Source: Amoebidium appalachense (Eukaryota; Protista; Ichthyosporea). Taken from it: DNA of 64,000 nucleotides. Each line of letters begins with the position of its first letter. The first letter of the stretch is position 1. Below are positions 28,042 to 41,156 of the stretch, piece after piece. The stretch lies in NCBI GenBank assembly GCA_963693365.1, contig CAVNZM010000003.1:6827448-6891447 (forward strand), in the 5' to 3' direction. The position numbers and the translations under genes are program-made. Below the pieces are notes generated by a model. That model was given only the letters and a program-made list of their open reading frames with translations. It searched no databases and had not been told where the DNA came from.

Positions 28042-28296
28042 CTCCCTCCCTCCCCTTCCCCTAGTCCCCTCCACCCCCGGGGCGCACTCATGAAACGTTC
28101 CCTTTCTCCCCGCCCCCCTCCCCTTCCCAGATCCTCAGTCCCCCCCCCCCCCCCCCCCCCCCCCGTCCCACTTCCCACCTAACCCCTCCCGCATTCATGA
28201 GGCCCGGCGGCATTAAGAGCATGCCAGCGGCTATCTAAAAAGTTCAGTCAATTCATTGCGGCCACATCATGGGGGGGTTCTTATTGGCGGAGTATC
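27719..28296. mobile_element. Putative MITE bounded by CCGCCAATAAGAA inverted repeats
   Basis: CCGCCAATAAGAA at ~27723-27735 and its reverse complement TTCTTATTGGCGG at ~28278-28290; TSD not clear. Confidence 0.5.
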
Positions 28297-28478
28297 CGGT
28301 ATCCGAGTCTATAATCTATCCCTTAGTCCCAGTACTCAGAGTATGCTAAAATAGTGAACTGAGTTCTGGCTTCTGATCACTCCACTGGATAACGCAAAAG
28401 ATTATTTACCCTCAATAAATCTCCTCTAGGTTAAATACATCACTCAGTCACTCGCCAGCCTTCAATGGCATTACTAAT

Positions 28479-28511
<33 letters not shown>

Positions 28512-28593
28512 CCCCAAATTCCCCTAGCCCCCCTTCCTTCCCTCCCTCCCCCCCACCCCCTCCCCCCCCCTCCCCCCCCCAAAAAAATAAATA

Positions 28594-28635
<42 letters not shown>

Positions 28636-29191
28636 AGAAAAACAAGAAGAAGAAGAATCAGAAAAACAAGACTTCTGTTCCTGAGAAACGCCGTCAGGGG
28701 GACCGCAAATAGGTTCATTGACTGGGTGAAGCTTAATATTGGATAAGAACACCGGGTCCTAAATCAAATGGTAACACTCAGTGACTAACTTATGCATATT
28801 GTACACTTAGTCTAGCACAAAACTGAGAGGATTCCTGGGCAAAGTATGCGACTATCCAAATACCTAGTCTTAGCAGGGGAACATCAAGCCAAGATCTGAT
28901 TTTCAAAGAGAGAAATTCTGTGTTCCTTTTTGTTTTTTTTTGTGGTGGTCGTGGTGGTGGTGGGTGGGTGGGTGGGTGGGTGGGGGGGGGGGGGGGGGGG
29001 GGGGAAGGGGGTATGTCATTTATCATTGGGACCAATTCACTCAGTACTGCGGCAGATGGTAAGCGCTACATGTGCGAGCCAGTGTCAAGTTTGTGCCAGT
29101 TCAGACAGGTAGTTGGAGGCAAAAGAGTAGACAGAAGGAAAAGGAGTGGTGGGGGGATCATAATTTTTTATTTTTCACTTTATCACCAGTC

Positions 29192-29222
<31 letters not shown>

Positions 29223-29270
29223 TGCAAAGTGGTAAGAGCTTACAGAGTATCCGGACAGGGTTGTGTGTGT

Positions 29271-29336
<66 letters not shown>

Positions 29337-29594
29337 AGGCTGGCTTTCACCATATCTAGTCCGTTGTGTGCATGCCGAACAGTTGGCAACGATTTTCTTC
29401 TCAATGAAAAAGCCACTTACCCTCTCCCTCCCCCCTCCCCCTCCCCCTTCCCCCCTCCCCCCTTCCCCCCCCCCCCCTTTACCCGGCCTGCGGAGGAAAT
29501 TATTTGCGGGTAAGTTGGCAGAGGGCCACCACCAACTGGGCCCCTGAGGTGACCTCTACCAACACACCACCGTTTTAGAGCCTCCTAGCCGCGA

Positions 29595-29641
<47 letters not shown>

Positions 29642-30331
29642 ACGCCCGCCAACCCAAAAAAAAAAAAGAGAAAAAAAAACTTTGGAAAAAAAACTGCGCT
29701 ACCCCCAACTCCAAAGCACGCATCACGTACTACACGCAAGCTATAACACCATTACTCACCGAGTCTATACTGTCTATATGCATCGCAGGCTTCCAAGTCA
29801 TTCCATTGAGGGCCAGTAGGTTATTGTCCCATGGGCTAATATGGTGGGGGGAGGGGGGGGGGGGGGGGGGGGGGGGGGAGGTGCAACGGTGTGTGTGCCG
29901 GGAGGTTGGGGGGGGGGGGGGGGGGGGATAGAGAGAGAGAGAGAGGGAGGGAGAGGGAGGGTGTGTGTGTGTGTGTGTGTGTGTCACAGTGTGTGTGTGT
30001 GTGTGTGTGTGTAGTGAGTGAAGGGGCAGGGGGAGGGGGGAGGGGGGGGGGAACACTACAAAGTGAAATCCTAGGTAAAAGTGTAGAGCAACCTGGAGTG
30101 TGGAATCACTGGGCCAATGTTTCACAGTATCTCGTTTTCAGTACGGCAATCATATTAAACGGATATGCCACATAACTTCAGTCTGTAATTCTATGGCATC
30201 AGGAGAGATATCACGGCCCCTCCCCTGTGACAGGCAGAGAGATAACATAACGGGCATTATTCAAGCGCTACTACCAGGTCCTGTTCACCTTGCCAAAGTT
30301 CGAAGTTTGGCCTTCCGAACAACTGCTGGGG

Positions 30332-30362
<31 letters not shown>

Positions 30363-30889
30363 ACGTTATAAATTAATCCGCTGGATTGTGCCAGTACCAC
30401 GTACAGAAGGCGAGGTGACAAGAGATTTACGCAAAGGCACACCGCTGGGGTGCACATATCTGCAATTCACATTGCCGGGGATCGAAAAGGGTGCGGTGGT
30501 CTGTACATGTAGGCACGGGGGAAAGGACGTGTGTGCACGTGCATTAGTGTGTCTACATGTGTGTAGAGCTCGAGGGGGGGGGGAGGGGGGTGGGGGTGAT
30601 GATCTTGAGGCGCACGAACGGGTCTGGTGGCACCACAGTGTCACATGCACACACCAGACACGTACAGAGGCAGGAGTGGTGGGATGATGTTTCATAAAGG
30701 TTGGCCGCTTCCTCCGGGCAATTCGGAAACACAACATGTGCTCCATATGTTTCATAAAAAAGAATAGGAGGGCGATGCTAGTATACGGACTGGTATCATA
30801 CGCTTACAGCCCTTCAAGTTGAACCAGGGATGAGAGAGGCGGGTCAGTGGGTGAGAGGGGTGGTGGTGGTGGTGGTGGTGGGTGGGTGA

Positions 30890-30922
<33 letters not shown>

Positions 30923-33900
30923 CTGTGAGGGTTAAAACCTAGAGGCCATGATGCCATAAGTTCTGTCGTTAATTTATCTGTTGAGCCAAGAAGGGGAGGG
31001 GTGGTGATGGTGGTGCTGGGGGGCGGCGCGAGGAGGGTGGGGGGAGGGGGGAGGGGGAGAAGGATGGGTGGATGGGTGCTAATCTCTCACACACACTCAC
31101 CGTACACATTCACACACCATTGCCTTACCCTACCGGCCACCCTGGGGCTGATCAAACGTCACGTTTATTTACGTTTACTCTTTACCCCCCCTTACCGTCT
31201 ATTCCTTCCTTTTCTATTTCCAGAGTGTTATGTTCATCGCACGAAGGCTTTGGTAACAAAAAAGTTGTTGACCTGAGAAAGTCATTCGAACCCGATTGGT
31301 AGCATCTTTGCCAATAAATGTGCTTGTGACCGTGACCATCCCCCTCGAAATACGAGCAACATGCATTTTTCTGACCGTCGGACAGTCCAACACTCCACAT
31401 GAAGTGTTTGTGACTCTGAGGGGTCCCGACAAATATTGCTCAGCAGAACCATGATAATGAACCGATGGGGTGAGAGGGAGGCCATAGACCATCACATGAC
31501 CCATGCATTAGCACGTGTCATTTGGCTGTGATTCGAAAAGAACTGCCATGCACGGCATTGCCCTCAAATTTCAGCCTTCCCCCCCCCCCCCCCCCCCCCC
31601 CGGCCCCCCCCTTCATCCCCACCATTTCCCCAAGGCTTCTGAGTCCCCCCCTCCCCCCCCCCCCCCCCCCGGCGCGTCCGTTCTTCCCGAATCACAGTCA
31701 ATGCTACATGGTGTTACTTGCTGTGCCCCAGGACACCAAAACACAGTGGTACCATGCAAGCGGTGTCGGACTCCCGATATGCACTATTCCCCCCCTCCTC
31801 ACCGATTCCTTTTTCCCCCTCTTGGCAAGTGCTTGTCTGTCCAGGCCTTTTAACACTGGTTGAGGCTCACATCGGACCATGCCAAGTTGACCCAAAGCTA
31901 AAGTGCGTGCTTGTGAAAATTGATGTGGTTGTCCGTGTTCGTGCATGTGCCATTGTGTCGCATTCTGTTCGTTTCCATCCACTCGAAGCAAACGGCTAAC
32001 AATCTGTACACATATAGTATTATGTCTGCACGTGCACACCGGCCCCGGCCGGGTGTGTGTGAGCAACAGTGTGTTTTTTCCTCCCCTTTACAAACAAGTC
32101 TACAAGTAGGCTACTATTGTAGTGGAACATCGCCGTTGGAGGCAAGGGGCCCATGGCCCACCGCTCGTTGCCGCGGCACCCCTGCAGGTCCCAGGGGGCA
32201 CCGTGTCACGGATCAAAGGGTATAAGGAGACCCAAAACATGAAAACGCAACTGCAGCGCTGTAATTGAGCACTAGTAACATTACCACTGATCCTGAATGG
32301 GGCAAAATAAAAGTATCAACCCATTAGGGCGATGGGTGCTCTTATTTTGGCGCCGCATAAGCTGAGGGAGTTGTCAAAAAGAACCAAAACACTACCTCAT
32401 GTTTTCACACCCTGATGCCATACTGGATGGACCAATTGTATGCTAGTCATCCGAAATCATGGTGCTTTTTTATCTTCTGGTATGTGGATTGTACGTTCCT
32501 TGGATACAACGGATGCACACTACATCGGCCCCGCGGGGCGGGTGTCAGTAAATAAGCTAAACTTGCACCAACAATCATGGCTGACATTAAATGACAGAAT
32601 AGAACAAAAGATATGTATAAAGCAGCAAACTTGCCTCAGGCTGCTTACGCTGTAGAGTTACCATGGCCTACAAGTCACTGCGGAGATTCTAGAATGAACC
32701 ATGGAATAGGGCCTGTGCGGCTGTGCCCCGCGGCCAATTAGAAAGCAGCAGAATTATAAATCCCGAGGAGTTGCAATAATTATAAGCCAATCAGAGGTGG
32801 CTGTGGTAAAAAAGGAATTCCCTTGTACGAACACAGGCCGGGGGTTCGGAAGAATGGATATCTCTCTCCCCATAGAGTCAACTGCCACACTAGACCACCA
32901 AAGGTGACAGAAAAACCTAAAAGAAAATCAGCACTTTATTAGCATATATAATATTCCGAACCATGTGCGCATAATGGGAAAAATCTTGCAGTGGCAGGCG
33001 ATATCATTCAGATTCAAAAATAGCAACTTTGATCCCCCCTGAGTGACTTTGATTCAACCCCCAAATAGCAATGTCAGCAAAATGTTTTACAATTTTCAGG
33101 ATTTCAGTTTCAGGGAGGACTTCGATGATGATCTCACAGAATAATGAAGAAGTGAGTTAGGCTTTCACTTTTTGTTTTACATTATACTTTAGGGTTGGTT
33201 TTATGTTCTTTCGTGCAATTTCAGCATGCCTTAGCTGCCATTGTTAATTGAGAGATATCAACATTCCCCCTCACTGTCATAATTGAGAAAGACCGGCATA
33301 GGGGTGTCCGGGAATACAAATTCACTTTTATGGATATATTTGACAATGACACGTCTTCATGATACCCCGTACATGCGGACATATTCAAAGTCCCTGAAGA
33401 ACTCCCTACAGCCCTCTTCTACTACATAATTTTTTAGTTATTATTAAATTACCTTTATTAATTTATTTCTAAATTTAAGGGTTTATTTGACTTATTTGAC
33501 TTATGGAAGGTATCTCAACTCGCTGTCACATCGTGACTTAACCTGTGCACGTGCCGTCTAGATCTGTGCGTCATCACTGCCTGCGCAGCCCGCGCGGCGA
33601 TGCGCCTATCCGAGCCACGGAGAGTTGAAGTTGTGTCACACGGGCCCCGGACACACATCTCCACACATTCGTGTATGCAGGTTGTTACGTACTGTACATG
33701 CACTAACACAGAGGAATAGTATTTGCGTGTGAGAGTGTCCAGAGCTAATACCAAACAGTGTTGTGGTGACCCCGATCGACGGCGGGCCGTTAGCAAGCAA
33801 TCATGGCCGCGTGAGTGACACGATTGAAAAAACAAGCCATTTTTATAAAACACAAAAAAAAGTAGGAGCTTTCAAATTTTCATCAACCTTTTAACCGATT

Positions 33901-34027
33901 TTTTTTTTTTTGCACATGCTCCTGCAAGTAGGTGGCTAAGAATCTTCCCCATACCGACCTATAGCCTAGTAGTAAGGGTGGGCCATACCCCACCCACATC
34001 CATCCATCATTCGTACCCCGCTGATTC

Positions 34028-36025
34028 ATGTCACACGCAATCATGTTCTGGTCGTTGTGTTTGGCAGTGGCGTGGGCTTTTACAGCCCACGCGGCCGTAG
34101 TATCAGTAAGCCTGGGCCAGAGTCTCCAGGCGGCCGTATCCGCAGCTGGCTCAGGCGACATCTTGCAGTTGGCGGCAGGCACATACACACTCACCAGCCC
34201 TCTGCTCGTCACGAAACCTATCACAATCATGGGCCCCAAGGTTGTGGGGGAGGCGTACCCCCTGGCAACCATCTCTGTTGGCGGCACTGCCAATTACTCT
34301 CTATCGGCTAGCGTTCTTGATGTTCGTCTGGTCGATGTTTTCATCACGGCTGGCGGCGCGGCACCATGCAAGCTCCAAGAGCCGTATGCCCTCGAGTATG
34401 AATTTGGCCTCACGCTGCAGACAGCATATTTCCGCGACAACCTGGTGGTGCTGGAGGGCAACATGAGCACGTGGTTCAACACACGTGGTGCCGTGGATGT
34501 TTCTTTCGGCAACTGCTCATGGGCCAGCGGCAGCCCGGCGCTTCAGGGGTTCTACTTCAAACTCGACGATAAGTGTATGGGCTGGGCGGGGTTCAAGACG
34601 AAATTCAGTAAGTTGCTCAACTGTGGTTTGGTTGCGCAAAAGACCGCCTCGTTTGTCAACTACAAGACAGATGTGGTGGTGACCATGACAGAACTCATCG
34701 AAATGGCCACACCAAACCGCACCGTGCGCACGCAGTCCAACCGCACGAGCAAGGCATTGGCACGTCTCAACATCCAACTGGACCGTGTGGGGCAGGTGAC
34801 GTCATCCATTACCGTCAACAGCCCCGTGCCCGATTTGGAAGCCGTCATCACCAACGTCAACTCGACCCTCACCTCCAACACAACAAACATCACCCTCAAC
34901 CTTCTGGCCCCGTCGCCGTTCATCGTCAGTAATTCAGCAAACCGCATCACCTTCGACAGCAACGAGACCGAGATATCAACTACTAATTGGACCACCACCG
35001 GCACCAACACCTGCAACAATCTTCAACCGGGGGACTACTGCAACCGCACAATCAGTTTCCAAATCAGCGGCTGCGACATCACAGGCTCCTACGTGCTCAC
35101 CAACGTGCCCATTTCCTGCCAGCAATACGCCATTGCCGCCGGAACATGCCCAGCCTACGCCGGCAGCACTGCATCCGTACGCATCTTCCTGGACGGCAAC
35201 AACTTCTGCAGCACCAACGAGTTCAACATCAGTGTGTTGTTCCAGCCCGAGATTGTTCTTCGCAAGGAGAACACAAACTACACGGTCAACAGAGGCAATA
35301 ACTCGTTCTGGCTGGGTGACTGGTCCTACTGGTCTATCCGCATATGGACCAACGACACAGGCGTGAAGATCTCAGATGCAACCATCGTGGGCACTGAACG
35401 CACCAGCGATGGCAATTGCACACAGCTACCCTCCTACGTTGCATACATGGCCGACCCCACCACCTTCAACTATACAAAGTTCCTCACACGTACACCGCCA
35501 GAGCTCGTGTTCCCTCTGTTTGTCAACGCGCCCATGGCATGTGCTTCGGCAGGCACGCAGATGAACAACGTCAACTTCACATACACCATACAAGTAGACT
35601 ATGTCGATGCACGGCGTAGACGACGTAGAAACACAAACTCAAGGCTGGGTTGGAGAAGAGATGCAGGGGGTGTGGTTTCAGCGACAAGTAACCCAGTGGG
35701 TATAGGATATCGGCGTGGTGGAGATGTGACAGATGGGTTGGTGGAGGCGATGGGTATCACCCCCGGAGGGATGAGTGCTGGGGGGAAGTATCCGACGGCG
35801 GTGGCGGCGACGGTTGGGGGGTTAAGTCTCCTGCTGTGTTGCTGTGGTTTTGTCATGATGGGGTACGGTTTTAGCGTTAGTCGAAAGGCTAGGGAGAAAA
35901 CCACCATGTGCACGGCTAGAGCTAGCAACCAGGCCATTCTAGGTCCTTCCGCTAGTACTGGATTTATGCATTCCAAGTCGGAGTGGGGGTTGCAAAAGGG
36001 TGGCCCCATACCCAGTGTCGTCTAG
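34028..36025 (+). CDS. Intronless type-I membrane glycoprotein, ZP-module-like ectodomain (paralog B, 665 aa)
   Basis: Uninterrupted ORF with signal peptide and GQSLQAAVSAAGSGDILQLAAGTY cap. Shares WFNTR..SFGNC, NCGL, C-NRT..GCD, NFC..EFN, WSIR.WTN.T and NFTYT..VDYVD..RRRRRNT with paralog A; TM with CCC. Confidence 0.92.
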   Translation: MSHAIMFWSLCLAVAWAFTAHAAVVSVSLGQSLQAAVSAAGSGDILQLAAGTYTLTSPLLVTKPITIMGPKVVGEAYPLATISVGGTANYSLSASVLDVRLVDVFITAGGAAPCKLQEPYALEYEFGLTLQTAYFRDNLVVLEGNMSTWFNTRGAVDVSFGNCSWASGSPALQGFYFKLDDKCMGWAGFKTKFSKLLNCGLVAQKTASFVNYKTDVVVTMTELIEMATPNRTVRTQSNRTSKALARLNIQLDRVGQVTSSITVNSPVPDLEAVITNVNSTLTSNTTNITLNLLAPSPFIVSNSANRITFDSNETEISTTNWTTTGTNTCNNLQPGDYCNRTISFQISGCDITGSYVLTNVPISCQQYAIAAGTCPAYAGSTASVRIFLDGNNFCSTNEFNISVLFQPEIVLRKENTNYTVNRGNNSFWLGDWSYWSIRIWTNDTGVKISDATIVGTERTSDGNCTQLPSYVAYMADPTTFNYTKFLTRTPPELVFPLFVNAPMACASAGTQMNNVNFTYTIQVDYVDARRRRRRNTNSRLGWRRDAGGVVSATSNPVGIGYRRGGDVTDGLVEAMGITPGGMSAGGKYPTAVAATVGGLSLLLCCCGFVMMGYGFSVSRKAREKTTMCTARASNQAILGPSASTGFMHSKSEWGLQKGGPIPSVV

Positions 36026-36047
36026 GGGGAGCTATGTTTGCTCTTAG

Positions 36048-36078
<31 letters not shown>

Positions 36079-36499
36079 GTCATTATTCACGACGGCCTAA
36101 TTTGCGCAAATGAGTTTAGGCTTTGCGCCAAACTGCTGATAGTATACTGATGTGTGTTACTTTTGTTAGTGCGACACCATGACAAACAAAGTCGTGCAAA
36201 TTTACACACACACACACACACCCCACTGAACACACATAATCATAATCATATCATGATCGATCAGAATCACCTTTATTTCTTAGAAGTTGGAGAGGCTAAC
36301 ATAAGCACTAAGAGCACCCACAAGATGTGCGCTGTGTACTGTGTAGTGTGATAATTTACCAATCAGATGGTGTTTGGGATATAGGTGCTGTGCGCCATCA
36401 ATGACAGTTGTCTCGGATGTGTTCATACAAAAAAACATTTGATTAAGTACCAAACCTTCCCCCCCCCCCCTCCCCCCCCCCCCCCTCCCCCCCTCCTCC

Positions 36500-36665
36500 C
36501 GAGGTGAATGGGTCGAAGCTCGGGTACTGTGGATGACGGCCCCCCCTGAGGATGGGCTCTGCCTATTATGCATACTCTTTATGTATGGTTTGCATTCTGC
36601 ATTGTGTTATCCGTTTGTTCTTGTGTACTTCGTACTTTATGATGCATTCAACCCCCCCCCCCTCC

Positions 36666-36696
<31 letters not shown>

Positions 36697-36906
36697 AAAA
36701 AAAAAAAAACTTCTTTTGTGGAGGCATAGGAACCCTGCTGATGATGGGTTCTGTTCAAGTGTCTTCTGCCTGCACGCTTACTATGATTTATAAGTTTCGG
36801 GTCAGACTCTTTCGTTCAGTTTTGTGACGAGTTTGTCTTGGTGTCTCTATAACACATACATCCCCCTCCCAAACCCCCCCCCCCCCTCCCGCCCCACATA
36901 CACCCC

Positions 36907-36942
<36 letters not shown>

Positions 36943-37025
36943 TGTCCGTGTGTAATTGGGAGCCACGCGCACGAGAGGTTAGAAAGCCGAAACCCATTCT
37001 TTTGTGAAGGCATCGGAAACCCCCT
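36500..37025 (+). mobile_element. Dispersed repeat family copies (CTGA[GT]GATGGG hairpin family)
   Basis: 36500-36655 matches 47400-47545 and 52838-52985; 36712-37025 matches 48920-49140. Confidence 0.8.
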
Positions 37026-37288
37026 ACAATGCGGCGTGTGAGTGCGATTGTTAAAATCACTGTGAGCGTGCTTAGTGTCTGCCCGTATTTACGTTTGCAC
37101 CCGCGCGCACACATTCGATCCACGAGGCTCCCTGTGTGTACTATCGTGAAATATGAACAAAGCTTATGTGATATGATACCGAGTGTGTGATTGTGTCCTT
37201 TTGGGAATAGCCCACGGTGATCACGGGGTAAGTGTATGCGCCCGATAAAGAGAAAGGGGACCTGGAAGGGGGGAAGGAAAGGGTAAAC

Positions 37289-37387
<99 letters not shown>

Positions 37388-37659
37388 TGTACACACACAC
37401 ACACACACACACACGCGCGCGCACGCACTTATACACACACACACAGAATGTCGCCACAGTGCCGGGCACCCACACAAAATCCCTTGAACGTGCTACATAT
37501 CCACGGTAACGTTGGAAGATAAGAACAGAATGTAGTTGATGTACCGGAGAAATTTTGTTCAATTGCAATGGTTTATGAAAAGTTTAACCGCCATTTCCGA
37601 TGATTACTTTATTTAGCATTGCCGTATTTGGGTGGGCACCGGTTCCAGGAGATCTACAG

Positions 37660-37985
37660 CATATTCCTATTTTTTTAGTCGATTTTTCTAGTCATTCAAA
37701 AAACAACGTTTTAATCGTGTTATAAAAACACTTTTAGTCGATGTATAAAAAAAAAAATTAGTCGTCTTCTAAAAGCACTTTCTTAGTCGTTTTAGAAAAA
37801 AACTTTTTTAGTCGTACTATAAAACCACCTTTTTTAGTCGTTTTATAAAAACACTTCTTTGGTCGTTTTTTTTTTTAAGGCACTTTTTAGTCATTTTATA
37901 CATTGAAAAGTTTTTTGTTGCTCATGATACAAACACTTTTTTACTGCCGCCGTTTTATAAAAACACTTTCTCAGTCGTTTTACTA
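37660..37985. repeat. AT-rich ~26-bp degenerate minisatellite (TTTTTAGTCGTTTTATAAAAACAC)
   Basis: About 10 degenerate tandem copies. Confidence 0.85.
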
Positions 37986-38141
37986 AATTATACTGGGGCC
38001 TAAGTTATAGACTATGTCCGTCATACAGACACTGCAGAACGATGGGGCTTTACACAAACTCAAGTTTCGGTAACTGTGGGGTGTGTTTCTGATTCAGTTG
38101 TTGAGGGTGGGTCCTGTTTCTGACATTTAATTAGCCGCTGA

Positions 38142-38182
<41 letters not shown>

Positions 38183-38222
38183 TGCAGGGGAGGCCAGGGG
38201 GGGGGGGGGGGGGAGGAGGGGG

Positions 38223-38279
<57 letters not shown>

Positions 38280-38349
38280 TATAGTATATATGGTCATGTG
38301 GTGGTGTTGTGGGATTTAGGGTGGCCAGGTTGCACGTTGTATCCGTATT

Positions 38350-38937
38350 ATCTAAACTAAAAAGACGTCTCGGACTTTTTTAAGCCAAATTCCGGAAATT
38401 GACGGCGCTTGGACTGACTTTGAGAGCACGAAAACCCCTAAGAAAACACAAAAATGGACTAAAAACTATATATATAAGTATCAAATGCATGTAGGAGAGA
38501 AATAGTAAATCAAAAAACATAAGAGTTTCATAAATAACAAAAAGAGTGTCCCAAGATGCACCTGCGACGCCCGTACGTGTCGGGGCTTTGAAACATTTCA
38601 TGGAATATGCGGCGGGCCGAGATTTTGATAAGCCATTCGGTGAAAAAAGAGCGTGGCGATTGCGTTTCCGGTACTAAAATTATTGGTGATTGCAACCAAG
38701 AATGGAACGCATAATTAAATGAGCGAATTCGGCAAAAACTTTAAAACTGATTCCAAACACGATTGGAAAATTATAGGCATGATGTTTTAAGAAAAATGAT
38801 GACCAATCGTTAGAGCGAAAGCCCTTCAACCTGGCGTCACCGGGTTTCCTAACTTCTAATAATTAATGCCAATCACAAAACAGGAAAACTGTTCCGAAAA
38901 CAGTGTTCAAGCGCACATGGGCCGCGCGCGGCCAAAA

Positions 38938-38970
<33 letters not shown>

Positions 38971-40167
38971 GCTCAGGCGACGTTTTTTTTTTTCGGTGGC
39001 CATGATGCTTGAAGGCATCCAAATGCGCATTTCTGTGTCTTCGATACACGGCCATCTTTGCTGTTCAAGATGCTCGTGCCTCGACGGCTGTATGTGGGTC
39101 TAGGGCGTGTTCGTACGCGTAGCCTGGCACGTTACATGTGATGTACGTGTGCAATTGCAACCACAGATCATCGGGCAGTACCAGTAACATTGTATCTCCT
39201 TTTATTCAAAACCAACCCCACAAACCACAACACTCCGCGAGTCTACATCCTCTTATCCTCCCTTTCATCTCCTGCTACACTCCACTTCGTCTATTCCTCT
39301 TTTTCGTGTACATCATCACCATTTCTGACCTAACTTGCATCCTGGTCCCCGAATGTGTCCCAAGTATTTATTTTGTGAGACGATCTCTTGCCTGTTACAC
39401 CAATACAAACGCACCCAGCATTAAGTTCCCTTTACCAAAGCTTTCTGTGTGCTTGCGGGGTGGGGGGGTGGGGGGGGGGGGGGGGGGGAAGGGGAGGATG
39501 GGTGGGTGGGGGGGGGGGGGGGGGGGGGGCGGCTTTCTGTGTGCCTGCCGCCTGGTTGTGTGCGTACGAACGTGTGTGTGTGCTGGGGGCGGGGGGGGGG
39601 GAGGGGGAGGGATAGGGGGGGTTAACGGGGGGAGGGAAGAGAGGCTGCAGAGTGGTGATCGCTGCATCTGCCTTCTGAAGGGGGGGCGAGAAGGGGGAGG
39701 GGGGGGGGGGGGGTGAGAGGGGGGGGGGGGTCACAGGGGGGGGGAGGGGGGGGGGGGGGTGGGGGAGAGGGGGAGGAGGACTCCGAGGAGAAGTTGGGCT
39801 GCGGCACCAAACACGCGGTGGCAGTGCACCATATATGGTCAGTCGTGACAAGCTGTTTCACCTACTGCATTGGGTTGTGCCAATAAACTGTCCGTTGCGG
39901 CGTGTCCAAGGCTTCAAAACATCCCTGAGAAGCTTTGTGTGGGCGTCTGAATGTTGTCTTTGCCGAAAATTTTGTCCGGGGGCAAGGGGGAGGGAGGGGG
40001 AGGGGAATGAAACCCCGTAAGTGTACAGTAAGTCTAGAACATCCACACCGTGTGATACTATTTCCAATTGGCGCTTGCCAGCAGCAAGCACACACACTTC
40101 CGCTTTCCTTATGACCTGGACTGCCTGACTGGCACCCGCGGCGTAGCGGGCGCCCAGACCTACTTGT
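38350..40167 (+). mobile_element. Possible degenerate Helitron
   Basis: A^TCTAAACTAAAAG at 38350-38363 resembles a 5' end. Hairpin CCCGC-GGCGTA-GCGGG followed by ...CCTACTTG^T at ~40136-40168 resembles a 3' end with CTAG mutated. Pairing of the two ends is unproven. Confidence 0.25.
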
Positions 40168-40326
40168 ATATATATATGGTGTGGGCTTCACTCATTACTA
40201 GTACGGGCGGGTGTATGTAAGTCTAAATTTTGGTGGGTGAGGAGTGCACGAGATTGTGCCAGAATTGAAGTAGCTGTGGAAGTGTGAGTGTGTGCACACG
40301 AGAGGGGCTACTGGGTGTGTGTGTGT

Positions 40327-40363
<37 letters not shown>

Positions 40364-40458
40364 GGGGGGGGGGGGAGGGGGGGTATAAAACGTACATGAG
40401 TGTACGACAATAAAAAACCTCATAAACAAAACGACTATTCTTCCTGTCTGCCAGCTTC

Positions 40459-40491
<33 letters not shown>

Positions 40492-41099
40492 AGGCTCTCC
40501 CTATCCCACTGTGACTTGCTGGCACAACCATGTAAATGAGTTTTGTGGTAGCACACGTACACTCGCCCCACCTTTCCGGAACTGAATCAGTCAACCAAGA
40601 AAAAAGAGAGAGGGACTTTTTTTGTTTGCGTTTTGGGTTTTGGGCGAGTAGGGGAAGGGGAAAGGTAGGGAATTCGAAGGCGTGTGTGCACGGAACTTCC
40701 ATGCGTGCATGTGTGTGCACACCGGTGCGTGCGTGCGTGCGTGCGTGCACATGTGTGTGTGTGGAGGGGAGGGGCCCGGGGTGTGGGGGGGAGGGGGGGG
40801 ACTCGGGGGAGGGGAGGATGGTTACGGCTGGCAGCAATCCTCCTAAACTCTCCTTGTATTACATACCATTTTGATGACGAGTTCAAAAAAAAACTAAGTC
40901 TTCAACAAAAAGCTCAAAACCGTTCCCAAAGGCATAAAATATTAAGAAAAAATTACTGTTTTTGGTGGCAGGAAAATTGCAAAATTATAGTAGTACATTA
41001 AATAATATAGTCACTTAGATACAGAAATTATTCAAAATTGGTTTTGGAACCCCCCATTAGCTCCAGGACTAATGAGCCATTTATCCACCACGGGGCTCT

Positions 41100-41156
41100 G
41101 AGCCAATCAAATCGGCTCCTTGCGTAGGAGAGCCAATCAAATTGCAGTGTATTGGC
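41100..41156 (+). promoter_or_regulatory. CCAAT-box cluster upstream of the ZnT7-like gene
   Basis: AGCCAATCA at 41101 and 41131 (30-bp spacing) plus reverse ATTGG at 41151, ~300 bp upstream of the ATG; matches the NF-Y consensus. Confidence 0.55.
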
